A stretch of DNA of 64,000 nucleotides, from the NCBI GenBank assembly GCA_964409245.1, contig CAYPCQ010000012.1, forward strand, positions 30,747 to 94,746, given 5' to 3'. Below are positions 47,021 to 56,185 of this stretch, piece after piece. The notes under the pieces are model-generated. The model was not told the origin of the DNA. It was given only the letters and a program-made list of their open reading frames with translations, and searched no databases. The DNA is from an uncultured Verrucomicrobiota bacterium (GTDB taxonomy: Bacteria > Verrucomicrobiota > Verrucomicrobiia > Limisphaerales > UBA1319). A program made the position numbers and the translations under genes. The first letter of the stretch is position 1. Every line of letters starts with the position of its first letter.

Positions 47021-47680
47021 ATGATGAAAAATAAAACACTGTTACTGACCGCCGTCCTCGGTGCGGCGAGCTTGGCCACCGCGGTGGCACAAACTGTTTA
47101 TTCAGTGAACGCCGTTGGCTATGTCAACGTCACCGTTCCCGCCGGGAAGTTCGCCTTGCTGACGAATCCCTTGAACCAGCCCACCAATTCGCTGGCGGCT
47201 GTGTTGCCGGACGTTCCGGCCAATACGTTGGTTTACGCCTACAATTCGGCCTCCTCGACCTTCGCGACGTTCACCAAACGTACGACGGGTTGGACGGGCA
47301 CGGGCGCCGCAACGGCAACGTTGAATCCTGGCCAAGGCTTCTTCATCAAGAACGCCGGAACCACCGATTTCACCATCACCTTCGTGGGCGAAGTTCCCCA
47401 AGGCACGGATCTGACGGTGAATTATGTTGCTGGTTTTAACCTGATCGGCTCCATTGTTCCCCAAGCGGGCAAACTGGAAACGGATCTGAAGTTCCCGGCC
47501 GTCGCCAACGATAAGGCCTATGTCTTCAGCACCGCCACCCAAGGTTATACCACCTTCACCCGCCGGGCCAGCAGCTGGACGGGCGGCACCGGCGAACCCA
47601 CGCTCGACGTGGCCGGGGCTATGTTCTATCAAGCCGGCGCAGCTGGCGCCTGGAAACGCACCTTTAGCGTGAATCAGTAG
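47021..47680 (+). CDS. Secreted protein made of two internally duplicated about 90-aa modules
   Basis: Signal peptide MMKNKTLLLTAVLGAASLATAVA. Module 1 VGYVNVTVPAGKFALLTNPL...FATFTKRTTGWTG. Module 2 VAGFNLIGSIVPQAG...YTTFTRRASSWTG. Confidence 0.6.
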   Translation: MMKNKTLLLTAVLGAASLATAVAQTVYSVNAVGYVNVTVPAGKFALLTNPLNQPTNSLAAVLPDVPANTLVYAYNSASSTFATFTKRTTGWTGTGAATATLNPGQGFFIKNAGTTDFTITFVGEVPQGTDLTVNYVAGFNLIGSIVPQAGKLETDLKFPAVANDKAYVFSTATQGYTTFTRRASSWTGGTGEPTLDVAGAMFYQAGAAGAWKRTFSVNQ

Positions 47681-47718
47681 TAAACAACCAAAACCAAAAA
47701 CTAACAGACCAACTAACT

Positions 47719-48249
47719 ATGAAAAGACTAGCATTACTTGCAGCCTTGATCATCGGTTCGGCTGCCTCCTCCTTCGCGGCGGTGGGCACCGTTATGTTAA
47801 ACAACTACGATGCCGATAAGGCCGTATTCTTGGATGCCGTCGGCACCAAGGCTCCCATGGACAGCGTGTTCTTTGAACTGCTGGGCAATGGCGCTCTGGT
47901 TCAGAATACTTCCGACAGCTCCACCAAGTGGGCCGTCAATGCCGAAGCCGGCTATTTCGATACTGGCGTGGGCGTTGTCCCTGGTGTTGCCGCCAATGCG
48001 ACCGGAGTGAATTTTGAACTCCGCGGCTATGTCGGTTCGAGCTGGGCCACGGCCACCAAGGTCGGCTCCATCACTTGGACCCAAGCGGTCGGCAGCTGGG
48101 ACAATACAGCCCAGCCCCCGGCGCCCCCTTCAGGCGCTGTGCTGGCCCTCCCTGGCAGCCTGCTCGTCAAAACCGCCGTTCCTGAGCCTTCCACGATCGC
48201 TCTGGGGCTGCTTGGCGCCGCCGCGTTGCTGATCCGCCGCCGCAAGTAG
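47719..48249 (+). CDS. PEP-CTERM sorting-domain protein
   Basis: Signal peptide. C-terminal VPEPSTIALGLLGAAALLIRRRK. Confidence 0.8.
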   Translation: MKRLALLAALIIGSAASSFAAVGTVMLNNYDADKAVFLDAVGTKAPMDSVFFELLGNGALVQNTSDSSTKWAVNAEAGYFDTGVGVVPGVAANATGVNFELRGYVGSSWATATKVGSITWTQAVGSWDNTAQPPAPPSGAVLALPGSLLVKTAVPEPSTIALGLLGAAALLIRRRK

Positions 48250-48275
48250 TTCAGGCTTGATTCAAGCAATTCATG

Positions 48276-48300
48276 AGCCGCCCGCAAGGGCGGCTTTTTT
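48276..48300 (+). terminator. Rho-independent terminator
   Basis: AGCCGCCC-GCAA-GGGCGGCT followed by T6. Confidence 0.8.
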
Positions 48301-48447
48301 ATTGCCTTGATGACTGGCTAAAACGGCCGGTGAAACACGGCGCTGGCAGAGCAGGCAACCCCCTGTCCGCCGGTTAAATTCCCCAAAATCGTAAAACCCC
48401 ACCCCTGCAATCTTGCAAACCGCGAGGTTTGGCGCGATTTATAAGCC

Positions 48448-48954
48448 ATGTCGCAATTGGAACCGCCGGATTCGCATTTCTACTCCGCCGCGCAAGGCTG
48501 GATCGAGCTGGGCCTGCCCGCCGAGGCGGAGAACGAACTGCTCCGCATTTCCCCCGAAAACCAAGCCCAGCCATGCATTCTGGATCTGCGCTGGGATCTC
48601 GCCGCCCGGGGTGAGGACTGGCCAAAAGGCCTGGCCATCAGCCAGCAGCTTCTGGATTTGGCACCCGATAACGTCACCGGCTGGCTGCACCGCTCGTATT
48701 CCCTGCGGCGCCTCCCTTCCGGTGGCCTGCAGGCCGCCTGGGACGCCCTTTGGCCCGCCCGCGGGAAGTTCCCCGGGGAACCGATCGTGCATTTCAACCT
48801 GGCCTGTTACGCCGCCCAACTGGGCCGCCTGGACGAGGCTTGGGATCTCTTCCAGGACGCCCTCAAAGCCGGCGAACCCAAGATCATCCGCCAAATGGCC
48901 CTCCATGATGCTGACCTCGAGCCGTTGTGGGAGCGCATCCGCCAGGCCGGCTGA
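48448..48954 (+). CDS. TPR-like helical repeat protein
   Basis: 168-aa ORF with TPR-like A/L/W periodicity (AAQGWIELGLPAEAENEL...). Confidence 0.5.
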   Translation: MSQLEPPDSHFYSAAQGWIELGLPAEAENELLRISPENQAQPCILDLRWDLAARGEDWPKGLAISQQLLDLAPDNVTGWLHRSYSLRRLPSGGLQAAWDALWPARGKFPGEPIVHFNLACYAAQLGRLDEAWDLFQDALKAGEPKIIRQMALHDADLEPLWERIRQAG

Positions 48955-49041
48955 AAAACAACCGGGCCTATAGCCTGTACGCGGCTAAACCTGCGGCCCA
49001 AAGAACCAGCGGATCAGCATCACCTTGAACGCGCCTTGGGA

Positions 49042-49305
49042 TCAGGACCGTTCCGCTGGCGGCAGCTCGATTGCCTCGCTGGCCAGCAGCACCGGGATAT
49101 CCCGCCGCACCGGGAACAGAACCCGGCCATCGGCCCGCACCAGGCCGCCGTCCAAAGGCATGGAGACTGCCTGGCCGCCGCGGTTTTTCAAGGTTCCGGC
49201 GGCGATCTGCTGATTCAGCCGGACGATCAAGGCGGTCTCAGCCATCTGCAGGCGCTGGCGGGTCTCGGGGCACCAGATGACTTTCAGCAATCCGGGGTTA
49301 ATCAT
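49042..49305 (-). CDS. Trm112/YcaR (UPF0434) family small protein
   Basis: LLKVIWCPETRQRL ... IPVLLASEAIEL pattern. 87 aa. Overlaps the larC start by 8 nt. Confidence 0.6.
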   Translation of the reverse strand: MINPGLLKVIWCPETRQRLQMAETALIVRLNQQIAAGTLKNRGGQAVSMPLDGGLVRADGRVLFPVRRDIPVLLASEAIELPPAERS

Positions 49306-50770
49306 ACGCGGATCCCAGTTTGGCGGCGGCGGCGTAAACCTGGTGCAAGGGCACCCCCGCCTGCAGCGCCAACTGGCGCGCCGATTCGTATTCGGGGGTG
49401 GCGTGCAGCACCCGGCCGTCCAGGCGCCCGAGCTTGACGGTCAGCGGCCCGAAGGGGGTGTCCACCGTGCGGAATTCGCGGCGTAATTTGCGGCGTTCCA
49501 GAAGGGAACGGCGCACCCCGAAGGCGCTGGTCTCGCGGAGGATCAGCTCGGTGAACAGGTCTTCCTGGCCCGGCTGGCACAGCACGGACAGCAGGATCCC
49601 CGGCCGGTTTTTCTTCATCTGGATGGCGGTGTAAAAGACATCCCGGGCGCCCCGGGCAAAAGCTTGCTCCAGGAAATGGCCGAGCACCTCGGCCGGCAGG
49701 TCATCCAGGTTTGTTTCCAGCAGAGCCACGCGGTCCACCTCCCAATCCCGGTCCGCCGCGCCGGATTCCCCGAGCACCGCCCGCAGGACATTGGGACGGT
49801 GCTTGAGCTGGCGGGTTCCCACGCCGTAACCGATGCGCACGGGCTTGAAATCAACCAGGGGCCCGAAGTTTTCGACGAACTCCGCCAGCAGGGCGGCGCC
49901 GGTGGGAGTGACCAATTCAAAGGGTTCCTCGCATTGGGTGATGGGCACGCCGCGCGCGCCCAGGATCGCCAGGGTGGCGGGGGCGGGCAGCGGCAGGCGG
50001 CCATGCTGGCAATCCAGCCAGCCCGTGCCGTCCGTGACCGCCGAGGCCAGCACCCGGGGCTTGCCGAGCGACTCCAGCGCCAGGCAGGCGCCCACAATAT
50101 CCACAATGGAATCGATGGCGCCCACCTCGTGAAAATGCACCTCCTCCGGCGGATGCCCATGGATGCGGCCTTCCGCCTCGGCGATCCGCCGGAAAACCGC
50201 GATGGCTTTGGTTTTGACCCAGCCGGACAAGGAACTCTCCTGGATCAGCCGGGCGATCTGCGCAAAATTGCGCCCGTGATGGGCATGCTCGGCGGCAGGT
50301 TCATGCGCAGGCGCATCCGCTTCCTCGTCATGGTGGTGGTGGCCGTGATGGTGGTGGCCGGTTTCGTCATGCTCGTGTTCCTGTTCGTGCGCACCCTCCT
50401 CCTCATGATGGTGATGGTAATGATCATGATGGTGGTCATCTTCCCCCGCTTCGTGGGCATGCGAGTGGCCGTGGCCATGCCCATGCTCATGCCCATCAGC
50501 GGGTTCATTGTGGCCGCCATCCTGGGCGTGGCCATGGCCGGTGTGGCCGTGGCCATGCCCATGGTCCTCATGGGCAAGGTGGACATCGAACTTGGCGCCG
50601 CAGATGCCCGAGCGTTCCTGGCGGGAGAGGTGGAGATGGCAGCCATCGAGGCGCAGGGTGGCCAATTGCTTTTCCAGCCCGGAAAAATCAACGCCCAGGT
50701 CGATCAAGGCGCCCAGCAGCATGTCGCCGCTGATGCCGCTGAACAGGTCCAAAAAGAGGGTATTCGCCAT
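49298..50770 (-). CDS. larC: Nickel-pincer cofactor biosynthesis nickel-insertion protein LarC (DUF111), with a long His-rich insert
   Basis: N-terminus LFLDLFSGISGDMLLGALIDLGV. An about 100-aa H/E/D-rich tract (HGHGHGHTGHGH...HHHHGHHHH). C-terminal DUF111 region. Confidence 0.8.
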   Translation of the reverse strand: MANTLFLDLFSGISGDMLLGALIDLGVDFSGLEKQLATLRLDGCHLHLSRQERSGICGAKFDVHLAHEDHGHGHGHTGHGHAQDGGHNEPADGHEHGHGHGHSHAHEAGEDDHHHDHYHHHHEEEGAHEQEHEHDETGHHHHGHHHHDEEADAPAHEPAAEHAHHGRNFAQIARLIQESSLSGWVKTKAIAVFRRIAEAEGRIHGHPPEEVHFHEVGAIDSIVDIVGACLALESLGKPRVLASAVTDGTGWLDCQHGRLPLPAPATLAILGARGVPITQCEEPFELVTPTGAALLAEFVENFGPLVDFKPVRIGYGVGTRQLKHRPNVLRAVLGESGAADRDWEVDRVALLETNLDDLPAEVLGHFLEQAFARGARDVFYTAIQMKKNRPGILLSVLCQPGQEDLFTELILRETSAFGVRRSLLERRKLRREFRTVDTPFGPLTVKLGRLDGRVLHATPEYESARQLALQAGVPLHQVYAAAAKLGSAYD

Positions 50771-50787
50771 AAAAGGAATCGGTTGGT

Positions 50788-51546
50788 TCAGCCCCGCCCG
50801 GCCAGGGCGTTGATCTGGCTCGCGGCGAAGCCCGCGCCGAAGCCGTTGTCGATGTTCACCACCAGCACGCCGCTGCCGCAGCTGTTGAGCATGCCGAGCA
50901 GGGCGGCCACGCCGCCGAAGCTGGCGCCATAGCCGATGCTGGTGGGCACGGCGATCACCGGCTTGCTCACCAGTCCGGCCACCACGCTGGGCAGGGCGCC
51001 CTCCATGCCGGCCACCACGATCAGCACGTTGGCGCTTTGCACCAGATCCAGCCGGCCCAGCAGCCGGTGCAGCCCGGCAACCCCGACATCAAACAGCCGG
51101 TCCACCCGGTTGCCCATGATGTCGGCGGTGATGGCGGCCTCCTCGGCCACCGGCAGGTCGCTGGTGCCGGCGCACAGCACGGCGATGGTCCCGGGCCGTT
51201 TGGGCAGCGGCTCCTTCTCGAGGGTGATGCAGCGGGCGATTTCGTGGTGGAGGGCGGTTTTGAACCGGCGTTTCACCGCCCGGGCGTGGTCCGGGGTCAC
51301 CCGGGTGACCAGCAGGCGCTTTTCGCGCTGGAGGATGGCGGCGGCGATCTGCGCCACCTGCGCGGGCGTTTTGCCGGCGCCGTAGATGACCTCGGGAAAG
51401 CCGGTCCGCAAACTCCGGTGGGTATCGACTTGCGCAAAACCCAGCTCAGCCACGGGCGCGGCCCGCAGCACCTGCAGGACTTGGTCCTTGCTGACCTTGC
51501 CCGCCCGGAATTGCTCCAGGAGTTCGCTTGCTTCGTTCGGTGTCAC
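50788..51546 (-). CDS. larB: Nickel-pincer cofactor biosynthesis protein LarB (PurE-like carboxylase/hydrolase)
   Basis: PurE-like core [25 protein letters not shown]...[15 protein letters not shown]...VPTS.GYG. Confidence 0.8.
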   Translation of the reverse strand: MTPNEASELLEQFRAGKVSKDQVLQVLRAAPVAELGFAQVDTHRSLRTGFPEVIYGAGKTPAQVAQIAAAILQREKRLLVTRVTPDHARAVKRRFKTALHHEIARCITLEKEPLPKRPGTIAVLCAGTSDLPVAEEAAITADIMGNRVDRLFDVGVAGLHRLLGRLDLVQSANVLIVVAGMEGALPSVVAGLVSKPVIAVPTSIGYGASFGGVAALLGMLNSCGSGVLVVNIDNGFGAGFAASQINALAGRG

Positions 51547-51843
51547 ACGTTTAATGCAATGGATGACTCGTCAATCCCGCGTCCGGAATCAGGCTGTCCC
51601 GCTCCGCGCGGCACACCCGGGTTCGGAAAACAGATCCCGCCCAACCAGTACACCTGAACGGCTCCCCTGCCAAGCGGGATCTTCAGTTCGCCGCCAGGCA
51701 GGCGGCGGCCACACGGGCGCCACGGAAGGTGGAGGGATGCCGCCCGGGCGTGCGGGGAGAGCAAAACAACCGCGGATGACGAACTGCCGCGCCCCGGGGA
51801 AACCGGGCTGGCCCGGGCGGCGCGCGGCGGTTAAACTGGGCGC

Positions 51844-52311
51844 ATGATGGAATTCAGCCGCACTCCGGAAGGGTGCTTCCGATTGGAGACCGAACTCTGG
51901 CTGCCGCGGCGGCGGGAGGCGGTTTTCCCATTTTTCGGGGATGCCTTCAACCTGGAACAGCTCACCCCAGCCTGGCTGAAATTCGAGGTGCTGACCCCGG
52001 CCCCCATAACCATGCGGGCGGGGCTGCGGATCGATTGCCGGCTGCGCTGGCATGGGCTGCCGCTGCGGTGGCAAAGCGAGATCAGCGCCTGGGACCCGCC
52101 CGCCCGGTTCGTCGATGAGCAGCGCCGCGGGCCCTGCCGGCTTTGGGTGCATGAACACCTTTTCGAGGAACAGAACGGGGGCACCCTGGCCCGGGATATT
52201 GTGCCTTACGCCGTCGCCGGCGGCCGGCTGGCCGACCGCCTGTTCGTCCGCCGCGACCTGGAAAAGATCTTCCGGTTCCGCCAGGCGAAGCTGGCGGAGC
52301 GGTTCGTGTGA
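51844..52311 (+). CDS. SRPBCC (START/cyclase-dehydrase fold) family protein
   Basis: W.S.I..WDPP..F.DEQ..GP...W.H.H.F pattern. Confidence 0.6.
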   Translation: MMEFSRTPEGCFRLETELWLPRRREAVFPFFGDAFNLEQLTPAWLKFEVLTPAPITMRAGLRIDCRLRWHGLPLRWQSEISAWDPPARFVDEQRRGPCRLWVHEHLFEEQNGGTLARDIVPYAVAGGRLADRLFVRRDLEKIFRFRQAKLAERFV

Positions 52312-52720
52312 GCGGGGTTTCCCGGCCGGCCGCATCGCCGGGGCGGACCCGCCATCGCCCCGCGCAAAAGCTGCTGGAATAAGCCGTGTTCATGCCAGCC
52401 GGGTGGGGCGTGATGGCGCCGCGGATTATGGCGCCAGACGAGAAGTGAGCCGCGAGCATATCTTTTACCGATTTGCAGGTGACGAATGTCTTGCCCAAAA
52501 ATGATTCAGCGAGCACGGCCAAGTCAATTATGCCTGGATACGGATAAGGCTGGCCATGGAAGGGCTGTTTGCTAAAATAGCGGCCTGTGAATGAGCCGCG
52601 TAAAAGAGCGTACCTGGCAGCCGGGTGCCTTCGGCCAGCCGGCCCGCTCAAGGGGCGCCGGCCGATGCCCATTGGGGGAGCCGCCAGCCAGCTAACCATT
52701 AAACCCGTCCCGTATCGCCC

Positions 52721-53425
52721 ATGAGCCTGATGACGAACATCCCGGCGGAGCCAGCGGCGGCGGCTATTCCGGATGACCTTTATCAAACCTACCTCCAAAA
52801 ACTGCTGGCCGGGGAAAAATGCCCCTGCCAGGATATTGTGCTGCGGCTGCTGGATCAGGGCTTGGAGCTGAAAACGCTCTACCTGGATCTGATCCAGCGC
52901 TCGATGTATGAAGTAGGCAGCCTGTGGGAAAGGCACCGGATCTCCGTGGCGGTGGAGCACCTGGCGACCGGGATCACGGAGCAAATGCTCACCCTGGTCT
53001 ACCCGCGATTATTCGCCCGGCCGCGGACGGGCCAGGGCGCGGTGATTTCGTGCACCATGAACGAATTCCACCAGATTGGCGGCAAGATGGTGGCGGACAT
53101 CTTCGAGCTGCACGGGTGGGACGGGTATTTCCTGGGCGCCAATACACCCCTGCGCGACCTGGCCCACCTGATCGAGAAAAAACAGCCGTCGGTGGCCGGC
53201 TTGTCGGTCAGCTTGTTCGGCCACCTGCCCCTGCTCGAGGACACGCTCGCGGAGCTGACCCGCCAATTCCCATCCTTGCCGATCCTGGTGGGAGGCCAGG
53301 CCTTCCAGTGGGGCGGGGCCGGTCTGGCCAGCCGGTTCCCCAATGTGCTGCATCTCCCGACGATCGCGGCGCTGGAGGCCCAGATCGACGCCTGGGGGCA
53401 AAACCACAAAACGCCTGCATGGTGA
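52721..53425 (+). CDS. Cobalamin (B12)-binding domain sensor protein (four-helix cap + Rossmann B12 domain)
   Basis: B12 signature EFHQIG (D/ExHxxG) ... SVSL ... VGGQ with the expected spacing. The stop overlaps the start of the next kinase (ATGGTGA). Confidence 0.75.
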   Translation: MSLMTNIPAEPAAAAIPDDLYQTYLQKLLAGEKCPCQDIVLRLLDQGLELKTLYLDLIQRSMYEVGSLWERHRISVAVEHLATGITEQMLTLVYPRLFARPRTGQGAVISCTMNEFHQIGGKMVADIFELHGWDGYFLGANTPLRDLAHLIEKKQPSVAGLSVSLFGHLPLLEDTLAELTRQFPSLPILVGGQAFQWGGAGLASRFPNVLHLPTIAALEAQIDAWGQNHKTPAW

Positions 53426-54594
53426 ATCCGGCCAGCCTCCAGACCAGCGGCCCGGGCCCGGCTTTCGATTCCGCCGGCTGGCGGTATTGCTGGGAAGCAG
53501 CGCCCGTGCTGGCCTGCGTGCTGGACCCCCAGGGCCGGGTGCTGCGCCAGAACCGCCTGCTGGAGCAAATCCTCGGGCCGGTCCGGCCGGAGGCGGCCTT
53601 CACCAGCTGGCTCTGGGATCCCCACCAGGTATTCAGCCTGCCGGAGGCGCTGGCCGCTCCGGAACGGGAATGGATGCTGGATCTGAATACCCCGGGCGGG
53701 CTGCCCCAAACGTATCATTTCCGGTTTTTCCCGGCCGGGGAGGAGATTCTCGCCCTGGGCCGGGAAAACGCGGCCGAGACGAGCCGGCTGCGCGGGGAAA
53801 TCATCGCGCTGAACACGGAGCTGGCCAACCGCGCGCGCGAGCTGCTGCAGGACAAAGCCCAGCTGGAACGTCTGAACCAGCTGAAAAACCAGTTCCTCGG
53901 CATGGCCGCCCACGACCTGCGCAAGCCCATCCACGCCATCCTTTCCCTGGCGGAACTGCTCCAGGACGAGCTGGCCGGAACCCTTTCCGCCGAGCACGCC
54001 GGCTGGCTGGGCCGCCTGCGGCAGGCGGGCGGACACATGAAGCAGATTGTGGACGACTTCCTGGACCTGGCGGTGATCGAGTCCGGCCGGCTGCGGATCG
54101 CGGTCCAGACGGCGCGGCTGGCGGAGGTGGTGGAGCAGGCGGGCGGCCTGGTGGAACCCCTGCTCCGCCGCCGCCAGGTCCGGCTGGCGGTGGCCGCCGA
54201 TCCGGCGCTGCCCGCGGTGCCCCTCGATGCCTCCAAGATCGAACAGGTGCTGGCCAACCTCATCGGCAACGCGGCGGAACACAGCCCCCCGGGCGGGGTG
54301 GTGCGGGTGGAAGCCTGGACCCGGCGGGAGGAGGTGGTGGTCTGCGTGCGGGATCAAGGGCCGGGGCTGGACGGGGCGGATCTCGCACGGATGTTCGAGC
54401 CGTTCCAGCGGGGCCGCGCGGCCAAAGGCGGCCGCATCAACGCGGGCCTGGGCCTGGCCATCTCGCGCAAGATCATCCTGGAACATGGCGGCCGCATCTG
54501 GGCCGAGAGCGAACCCGGACGGGGGACGGCCTTCCATTTCAGCCTGCCCGTCCGGGTGCCTCCAACCCCCCTGAGCCGGAATCCAGCGCCATGA
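53419..54594 (+). CDS. Cytoplasmic PAS-like histidine kinase (HisKA + HATPase_c)
   Basis: H-box FLGMAAHDLRKPIHAI. N, G1 and G2 boxes (NLIGNAAEH, DQGPGL, GLGLAISR). Confidence 0.85.
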   Translation: MVNPASLQTSGPGPAFDSAGWRYCWEAAPVLACVLDPQGRVLRQNRLLEQILGPVRPEAAFTSWLWDPHQVFSLPEALAAPEREWMLDLNTPGGLPQTYHFRFFPAGEEILALGRENAAETSRLRGEIIALNTELANRARELLQDKAQLERLNQLKNQFLGMAAHDLRKPIHAILSLAELLQDELAGTLSAEHAGWLGRLRQAGGHMKQIVDDFLDLAVIESGRLRIAVQTARLAEVVEQAGGLVEPLLRRRQVRLAVAADPALPAVPLDASKIEQVLANLIGNAAEHSPPGGVVRVEAWTRREEVVVCVRDQGPGLDGADLARMFEPFQRGRAAKGGRINAGLGLAISRKIILEHGGRIWAESEPGRGTAFHFSLPVRVPPTPLSRNPAP

Positions 54595-56183
54595 ACCATG
54601 CCACCTTGATCCTCGTGGTTGACGATGACGAGGCCAACCGTTTCTGCACCGTGCAGGTGCTGCGCTCGGCCGGCTACGGCATCTGCGAGGCCGCCACGGG
54701 CGCCGGGGGCCTGGAGCTGATGCTCCGCCGCCAGCCAGACCTCGCGCTATTGGATGTCCACCTGCCGGATCTGGACGGCCGGGATCTGTGCCAGCGGATC
54801 AAAAACGACCCGGCGCTGGCCAACACCTTCGTGGTCATGTATTCGGCCTCGCAAATCGGCTCCACGGCCCAGGCCGAGGGGCTGCTGAAAGGGGCGGACG
54901 GCTACATCGCGCAGCCGGTCGCCAACCAGGAATTGCTGGCGCGGGTGGCGGCGATGGTGCGCCTGCAGCAGAACGAGCGGAGCCTGCGCCAGCGCACGGG
55001 CGAACTGCTGGCCGCCAACCGTGAGCTGGAGACCGCCCAGCAGGTTTTGCGCGAGACCACCGAGCGCGCGCTGGAAGCCCGGTGCATCGCCGAGCGCATG
55101 GTGGCCGGGCTGCAGCATGAGATGCGGGAGCGCAAACGGGTGGAACAGGCGCTGCGGGAGAGCGAGGAGCGCTTCCGCCTGGTGGTCGAAAATGTGTCGG
55201 ATGTCATCTGGGTGCTGGATCTGGAGCAGCGGACCTTCCGCTACGTGAGCCCGTCCGTGGAGCGCCTGCGCGGCTACACCGCCGAGGAGGTGCTGCGCAT
55301 GGGCCTGAGCCAGGCGCTGACCCCCGCCTCGCTGGCTTTCTTGGAACGTGTGATGCCCGGGCGGCTGGCGGAGTTCCTCCGCGGGGATCGGCAGGTTTAC
55401 CGGGATGAAATCGAGCAAACCCGGCGGGACGGCACCACGGTGTGGACCGAAACCTCCACGCGCTACCAAACCCTGGACGGCGGGGGCGCCGGGGTTTACG
55501 GGGTTTCCCGGGACATCAGCGAGCGCCGGCGGATGGAAACGGAGCTGCGGCAATCCGTGGCGGAGAAAACGGCCCTGCTCAAGGAAATCCACCACCGGGT
55601 GAAAAACAATCTCCAGATCATGACCAGCCTGATCAACCTGCAGGCCGGCCGCATCACCCATCCGGAAGCCCTGGCGGCCCTGGCGGATACCCAGGCCCGG
55701 CTGCGGTCCATGTCCCTGCTGCACGAGACGCTCTACCAATCCGGCCGCATGGACCGGGTATCCTTCCCGGAGTATTTGGAGCACTTGTGCGCGCACCTGG
55801 CGCGGTCCCTCGGGGCCGCGGAACGGCGCATCCAAATCGTGGCCCGGTCCTCCCCGCTGTCGCTGGAGGTGGACCAGGCGGTGCCCTGCGGGCTGATCAT
55901 CAACGAATTGGTGGCCAACGCCTGCAAACACGCCTTTCCCGGGGGGCGGGCCGGGGTGGTGGAGGTGGAGATCACCCGGCTGCCGGCCGGGGGCAAAGCC
56001 ATGCTCCGCGTGGCGGATGACGGCGTGGGCATCCCGGAAAACCTGGCTATCCAGCGGATCGAAACGCTGGGGCTCCAGCTCGTTTCCGGGCTGACCCGGC
56101 AGCTGCAAGGCGAGCTGGGTGTCCGGCGGCAAAACGGCACGGTGGTGGAAATTGTATTCCTGCCCGGCGGGCAGAACCAGTGA
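54591..56183 (+). CDS. Response-regulator-fused PAS / HisKA_2 (HWE-type) histidine kinase
   Basis: REC domain (ILVVDDDE..., LALLDVHLPDLDG). PAS domain. EIHHRVKNNLQIMTSLINLQ H-box. The start overlaps the previous stop (ATGA). Confidence 0.85.
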   Translation: MNHATLILVVDDDEANRFCTVQVLRSAGYGICEAATGAGGLELMLRRQPDLALLDVHLPDLDGRDLCQRIKNDPALANTFVVMYSASQIGSTAQAEGLLKGADGYIAQPVANQELLARVAAMVRLQQNERSLRQRTGELLAANRELETAQQVLRETTERALEARCIAERMVAGLQHEMRERKRVEQALRESEERFRLVVENVSDVIWVLDLEQRTFRYVSPSVERLRGYTAEEVLRMGLSQALTPASLAFLERVMPGRLAEFLRGDRQVYRDEIEQTRRDGTTVWTETSTRYQTLDGGGAGVYGVSRDISERRRMETELRQSVAEKTALLKEIHHRVKNNLQIMTSLINLQAGRITHPEALAALADTQARLRSMSLLHETLYQSGRMDRVSFPEYLEHLCAHLARSLGAAERRIQIVARSSPLSLEVDQAVPCGLIINELVANACKHAFPGGRAGVVEVEITRLPAGGKAMLRVADDGVGIPENLAIQRIETLGLQLVSGLTRQLQGELGVRRQNGTVVEIVFLPGGQNQ

Positions 56184-56185
56184 GC

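Noticed and set aside
50260-50560. Highly repetitive CAT/CAC-rich DNA, considered as a possible microsatellite or a separate His-rich gene.
   Set aside because: It is in frame inside larC, between the conserved N-terminal and C-terminal DUF111 regions. His-rich inserts are a known feature of LarC nickel-binding proteins.
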